From positions 1-12,754 of the forward strand of contig JBHIAE010000072.1 of NCBI GenBank assembly GCA_046758445.1: a DNA stretch of 12,754 bases. The letters are read 5' to 3'. This DNA comes from Candidatus Thorarchaeota archaeon. GTDB taxonomy: Archaea > Asgardarchaeota > Thorarchaeia > Thorarchaeales > Thorarchaeaceae. The position numbers and the translations under genes are program-made. Position 1 is the stretch's first letter; every line of letters begins with the position of its first letter. The notes under the pieces are model-generated. The model was not told the DNA's origin and made no database searches. It saw only the letters and a list, made by a program, of their open reading frames with translations. Below are positions 8,879 through 12,754 of the stretch, in pieces.

Positions 8879-9832
8879 TCAAAATGCTATCTCAAGTTCT
8901 TGTACGAGCTCCTTGTAGCGATTGCGAACGGTGACTTCTGTGACTCCAGCAGCTTGGGCAATCTCTCGTTGTGTCGTACGATTCTCTGTTAGAATTGATG
9001 CGATATAGACGGCTGCTGCAGCCAGACCTCGGGGATCCTTCCCAGTGATCAAATGCGAGTTCTCCTTTACCCTTCTAAGAATGTCCAGAACTTTTCCTTG
9101 CATGTTTCCCGGAACGCTCAATCTAGATATTATCTTGGGAACATAGGTTGTGGGGTCAGGAACAGGCATCTTCAGGTTCATCTTTCGTGCTATGAGCCGA
9201 TAGTGTCGTCCTATCTTCTTCATATCGATTCTAGAGTGCCTCGCAATCTCCTTTAGGGATCGAGGAATCTGTCTCAATCGACAGGCGGCATAGACGGCTC
9301 CTGCAACTGTTGCATCAATTGACCGGCTACGCATTAGTCTGTTTGAGAGCGCCTTTCTGTAAATCATGGCGGCAAGGTCCTTGACGCTCTTCTTCAGTTC
9401 CAGTTGCGATGCAAGTCTGTCCAGTTCAGTCAGTGCCTGAATGAGGTTTCTCTCGTTTGAGCTATGTATCCGACTCCGAATCTGCCATTTTCTGAGTCGA
9501 TGGATTTCCGCCCTTCTTCTTGGAGAAAGTCGCTTGCCTGACGAATCACGATCACGCCAGTCAATTGCTGTTGATAATCCCTTGTCGTGCATTGTATATC
9601 TTGTGGGCGCTCCTGTTCGCTCTCTTGCTCTCCGCTCCTCTGCAGTGAACGCTCTCCACTCGGGTCCTGTGTCAATCTTCTTCTCACTCACAACAAGACC
9701 ACACTGAGCACACACTCTATCACCAGAACTTCTCTTCTGAACAATCTGAGTTCCAGAACACTCAGGACATGAGAATGATGAACTATCACTAAACGAATCT
9801 TTGTACTTCCTTCTTCTTTTACTAAATGGCAT
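8879..9832 (-). CDS. tfb: Transcription initiation factor IIB (TFB), 317 aa
   Basis: Zn ribbon CPEC...CAQCGLV, B-reader IDTGPEWRAF, HDKGLST.ID, two cyclin repeats, GKDPRGLAAAAVY and TQREIA..AGVTEVTVRNRYKEL. Confidence 0.97.
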   Translation of the reverse strand: MPFSKRRRKYKDSFSDSSSFSCPECSGTQIVQKRSSGDRVCAQCGLVVSEKKIDTGPEWRAFTAEERRARERTGAPTRYTMHDKGLSTAIDWRDRDSSGKRLSPRRRAEIHRLRKWQIRSRIHSSNERNLIQALTELDRLASQLELKKSVKDLAAMIYRKALSNRLMRSRSIDATVAGAVYAACRLRQIPRSLKEIARHSRIDMKKIGRHYRLIARKMNLKMPVPDPTTYVPKIISRLSVPGNMQGKVLDILRRVKENSHLITGKDPRGLAAAAVYIASILTENRTTQREIAQAAGVTEVTVRNRYKELVQELEIAF

Positions 9833-10375
9833 TGTGTTGTCACAACTTCTAGCTCGATTCGCGTTATAATAGAAGCAAGGCAGTATGGTGCTTCAGCTTT
9901 CGACCAGAGTCAGGACTAGGGCATGCGGCCGCTCCTTTGTGCCTGGTCTTGGCTCCAAGAACTGGTCCTAGATGTTCTGGTTCGAGATTCATACATCTGT
10001 CACATGCTGGGCAAAAGGGATCTAGAAAACGAAACTATGTGTAGGTGTCTTCCGTATTTCTCGGACCACTAGTCATTTCTTGAGCCCTTTCATCATTATT
10101 ATCTTGTGAGGTCATATAAACATCAGGCCACTGCAACTTCTAGAAGTCAATGTCCCTCTGGCCTCAATCACCACTTTGGTCAGCAAATTCTGGTCGCAGG
10201 AATAGTCGGGAAACAACTGAAATGTTCCTTCTAAGGGGAGAGAAGAGAGCAGCTCCAAAACTGCCAATTCAATGTAGGGTTTCATCTAATGAATGAGGAA
10301 CCGAATTGGGGTGCATTGTGAGCTACGGATGCTAGGATGGGGAAACTGAGGGTTTCCCCATGACCTTGCTTGCTA

Positions 10376-10693
10376 CTATTTGACAACAATATTGTCGATA
10401 ATATCAACGACTCCGAACGTGTTCTCCACACAATCGAGTGCTGCCCGATAGACCACAGGACTTGCAACTGTTCTAGCCAGTGTCACCTCTCCATCCTTAA
10501 CTCGAATGTCGATGTCACTAGGCTCAATCCCGTGTGTCTGTTTCATTGCAGAAACAATGTCCTTTGCTATTGCTTCATCCACAACACTCTTTGTCGGCAC
10601 TATCTTGAGCGCATTCTTAATCTCTAGTACTCCGCCAACATCTGCGACAATCTGGCTCGCACGATGCTTCTTCCAATATGCATCAACATATCC
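10376..10693 (-). pseudogene. 5'-truncated BON (OsmY-like) domain protein, about 1.5 domains
   Basis: The frame extends upstream of the listed ORF as GYVDAYWKKHRASQIVADVGGVLEIKNALKIVP (second half of a BON domain), followed by a full BON domain (DEAIA..I...IDIRVKDGEVTL...GVVDIIDNIVV). There is no start of its own. Confidence 0.8.
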
Positions 10694-11096
10694 ACAGGGT
10701 GTTTGTCGTCAGTATTGTCTTGATGGTGTCTTCCAAGAGTGTGGACGACCGAAGCACTCGACCTTGGGCCTTCTCCTCCATGTGTGCCAGTTTCGGCTCG
10801 TTGCGTGCCAACGTGTAGAAGGATGAGAAGTCTAGGTCCAGTCCAAGCATCCAGATGACCGTTTCCTTCACTCCTCTCTTCTGTTCTGGGGTCATACTAT
10901 CTTCCGTTTCAACACAAGCGCCGTCGGTCGTTTCACTGATACTCAATCGCACAACCCTGCCTGAAACCAGCTGTAGAGTGTAGCTGAGAATTGGAGGATT
11001 TTCTTCGAATGAGAAGGGAGCCAGCTGCCACCAGCCATGTAATCTCACGGTAGAATAGAGGGAGAAGGGAGCATGAGCCTTCAATGTCATTCTCAT
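10683..11096 (-). pseudogene. 3'-truncated HhH-GPD (AlkA/Ogg1-like) DNA glycosylase
   Basis: PFSL..TV..HGW.QLAPF, WMLGLD.DFS.FY and GRVLRS.TL.ED.IKTILTTNTLW. The ORF stops before the HhH motif and catalytic region. Confidence 0.78.
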
Positions 11097-11260
11097 TGTG
11101 TCTTCGGTGTGTCTTGGTACTCTGACACAGATAACTCCGTTCATTCCCTGAGATCCTGAAGAACGGCCATGCTTTCGTTCGGAGCCTGTTGAGAAAGAGT
11201 GGTCGGGACGGCTGCCTGACATTCTTAGATTCAGTTAGTTTCAGGTGGTCCATCAGCAAT

Positions 11261-11269
11261 CCTTTTAAC
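11261..11269 (+). promoter_or_regulatory. TATA box of the tRNA gene (CCTTTTAAC)
   Basis: Lies about 30 nt upstream of tRNA position 1. Confidence 0.55.
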
Positions 11270-11311
11270 GAAACGAAGGTGACACCAAGCCGGTTTCGGG
11301 ACGTAGCTCAA

Positions 11312-11341
11312 AAGAGCGTCGTTTCGACGGCCTCTGAGAAA
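11312..11341 (+). other. tRNA intron 1 (D-loop, ~15/16, 30 nt, relaxed BHB)
   Basis: Central helix GCTC/GAGA with one mismatch, intron helix AGAG/CTCT plus CGTCG/CGACG. An alternative register (CTCA/TGAG, intron 11313-11340) exists, so the boundaries are uncertain by 1 nt on each side. Confidence 0.75.
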
Positions 11342-11349
11342 TCTGGTAG

Positions 11350-11378
11350 TTTGATGCTCACATGTGTATCAAGCCAAA
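11350..11378 (+). other. tRNA intron 2 (22/23, 29 nt)
   Basis: Central helix TGGT/GCCA, bulges AG^T and AA^A, intron helix TTGATGC/GTATCAA. Confidence 0.87.
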
Positions 11379-11393
11379 AGCAATGGACTGTAG

Positions 11394-11424
11394 AGAGCTG
11401 CCAATTTGGATGGCGTTCATAGTT
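11394..11424 (+). other. tRNA intron 3 (canonical 37/38, 31 nt)
   Basis: Central helix CTGT/ATAG, bulges AG^A and TT^A, intron helix GAGC/GTTC plus GCCA/TGGC; the outer helix is the anticodon stem. Confidence 0.92.
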
Positions 11425-11446
11425 ATCCATTGGTTGCTGGTTCAAA

Positions 11447-11476
11447 GGCCATCATGTTCTCCATGATGGCTGAATC
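11447..11476 (+). other. tRNA intron 4 (T-loop, 59/60, 30 nt)
   Basis: Central helix TTCA/TGAA, bulges AA^G and TC^T, 9-bp intron helix GCCATCATG/CATGATGGC; the outer helix is the T stem. Confidence 0.92.
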
Positions 11477-11734
11477 TCCGGCCGTCCCGACCATTTCATT
11501 CCTTCTGTCTTCGCCCTAGAAAGTAATCCTATGAACGGGTTTGAACCGGCCTGACCTGTTTCTTTAGATGAGTGAACTTCAACCATAAGAAACTCCTGTG
11601 TTTCACCCTTTCTCTGCCAAGTGTCGCCACCTTTCTACAGGTTCTGTGACCCTGGGAAAGAGCAGAGAGTCCACCTGATGATATCCTAGATTTGGACGAT
11701 TGCAAGGAGAAGATTCACAATCTGCTCTCAAGTC

Positions 11735-12007
11735 ATGGCTATGGAGAGAAGCCCAGAGTGTCGTCTTGCTGCTTCACGTGAAGGTGAGATAGTCACTATC
11801 ACACTAACACAAGTTGGTGGAGGACGAAACGTCATTCTCAGTAAGGATTCATTTACAGTTGATAAGAGTCTACACAAAGAAACCATTATGGATGACTTCT
11901 ACTTTCAGCTGGGTGATGGCGAGCTGTCCAAATTCAACATTGCGAATTCATCAGGGTTTCTTGAGGGCCTTCAGACTCTGTTTGATGAGATTGATTTGAG
12001 AGAGTAG
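11735..12007 (+). CDS. Hypothetical protein, 90 aa (possibly a frameshifted C-terminal remnant)
   Basis: Protein-like composition. An overlapping upstream frame (PPDDILDLDDCKEKIHNLLSSHGYG, from ~11650) also looks coding, which hints at a decayed gene. Confidence 0.4.
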   Translation: MAMERSPECRLAASREGEIVTITLTQVGGGRNVILSKDSFTVDKSLHKETIMDDFYFQLGDGELSKFNIANSSGFLEGLQTLFDEIDLRE

Positions 12008-12128
12008 TGTGAAGTCCGAAGAGTGGGGATTGGAATTGGGAGGATTACTCAGTAGTCAGGGCTTTCACGGAATATTGAAAGGGCTCGATGCCAACAGTGA
12101 GAGTATCTCAATCTGAGGAGGACCCGCC

Positions 12129-12754
12129 CTGTCAAGACGGCCAATAGAGAATACGTTTCCAATCTCAGAGATCAATAAGATTGCAGAGAAGGAATCGACT
12201 GGTTTTGGCAGATGTCACTACAGGCCGGTATATGTCATGCATAAGTGGTGGGCTCGTAGACTTGGGTCAGTATTCCGGTCCATTATACTGTATAGTTTGG
12301 CTGACAAAACTCTGACTAGTTGGGACCAGGACGCTTCAACGCTCTGGAGTCTATATCCACATGAGGTGGATCTATCCGGTAAAGTGGTTCTAGATCCAAT
12401 GATGGGAGGAGGAACCACAGTTGTTGAGGCACTAAGGTTCGGGTGTAATGTGATTGCTGGGGACCTTAACCCGGTAGCGTGGTACATTGTCAAGAAAGAA
12501 CTGGAGGATATCAATCCTCAACTGCTTACAGAGGCCCTTGAACAGCTGGAAGACAAACTTGGCGTTGAGATTAGACGATATTATCGAACGAAGTGTCCCG
12601 AGTGCGGAGATTCGGCAGAGGGCATCTACTACTTCTACTACAAGGAGCTTGTTTGCACTGATTGCGCAACTGCAATCCCCCTAATGCGCAATTTTGTACT
12701 TGCGAAATCTCTGACAAATGATGGAGATTCTGTGATTTGCCCTCAATGTTGGGG
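12129..12754 (+). CDS. DUF1156-type adenine-specific DNA methyltransferase with Zn-ribbon insert (partial, runs off the window)
   Basis: Hand translation gives RRPIENTFPISEINKIAEKE...MHKWWARRLGSVFR, SAM-binding VLDPMMGGGTTVVEALRFG...GDLNPVAW, and the Cys pairs CPEC, CTDC and CPQC. Not in the ORF track. Confidence 0.9.
   Translation, partial: MSRRPIENTFPISEINKIAEKESTGFGRCHYRPVYVMHKWWARRLGSVFRSIILYSLADKTLTSWDQDASTLWSLYPHEVDLSGKVVLDPMMGGGTTVVEALRFGCNVIAGDLNPVAWYIVKKELEDINPQLLTEALEQLEDKLGVEIRRYYRTKCPECGDSAEGIYYFYYKELVCTDCATAIPLMRNFVLAKSLTNDGDSVICPQCW

Larger units (their letters stand above)
11297..11493 (+). tRNA. trnY: tRNA-Tyr(GUA) with four BHB introns; exons 11297-11311, 11342-11349, 11379-11393, 11425-11446, 11477-11493
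   Basis: Spliced product is CGGGACG TA GCTC AATCTGGTA GAGC A ATGGA CTGTAGA TCCAT TGGTT GCTGG TTCAAAT CCGGC CGTCCCG A CCA (77 nt). All four stems pair. It has the C1-G72/A73 archaeal Tyr identity elements, an A15-U48 Levitt pair and encoded CCA, followed by a T-rich tract. Confidence 0.93.

Noticed and set aside
438-9772. Numerous short antisense or alternate-frame ORFs inside the transposase, asnB-like, hyuB, hyuA, rpl10e and tfb genes
   Set aside because: Shadow ORFs of well-supported genes with no independent evidence.
11297-11330. Bacterial-type tRNA-Pro suggested by the C1-G72/A73 ends
   Set aside because: The reconstructed anticodon loop is CT-GTA-GA (Tyr), and C1-G72/A73 is the archaeal Tyr identity set.
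10933-11422. Listed ORFs 10933-11259, 11189-11422 and the first 42 codons of 10683-11222
   Set aside because: They overlap the glycosylase frame, the tRNA gene or its promoter and have no recognisable protein features.
11200-11493. MITE defined by the 13-bp inverted repeat TGGTCGGGACGGC
   Set aside because: The right 'IR' is the tRNA acceptor end with CCA, the interior is the tRNA gene and its promoter, and there is no target-site duplication.
12218-12684. Listed ORFs 12218-12514 (-) and 12487-12684 (+)
   Set aside because: Shadow frames of the DUF1156 methylase.
1-12754. CRISPR array or rRNA
   Set aside because: No regularly spaced short repeats or rRNA signature sequences were seen.

Overview
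Archaeal window. Archaeal uL16/L10e, a TFB and BHB-type tRNA introns suggest an Asgard/Thorarchaeota-like host, which is an inference. Left part: an IS5-family element (right IR visible, left IR outside the window) abuts one of two diverged ~380-bp direct repeats (992-1375 and 7672-8051). Each repeat is a TATA promoter, a hairpin-rich or micro-ORF leader and a small ORF. The repeats bracket a truncated KamA-like gene, a Cys-less AsnB-like ATP-dependent amide/lactam synthetase, a small OB-like ORF and a hydantoinase/oxoprolinase B+A pair. Middle: rpl10e (uL16) with a strongly base-paired upstream region, converging on tfb. Right part: a deletion junction joining an HhH-GPD glycosylase N-terminus to a BON-domain C-terminus, and the start of a DUF1156-type DNA methylase that the ORF track missed. 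The most notable signal lies in the apparently intergenic stretch 11297-11493. It is a tRNA-Tyr(GUA) gene split into five exons by four 29-31-nt BHB introns (about 15/16, 22/23, 37/38, 59/60), and it reassembles into a canonical 77-nt cloverleaf. Inverted tRNA 3'-half fragments flank it.
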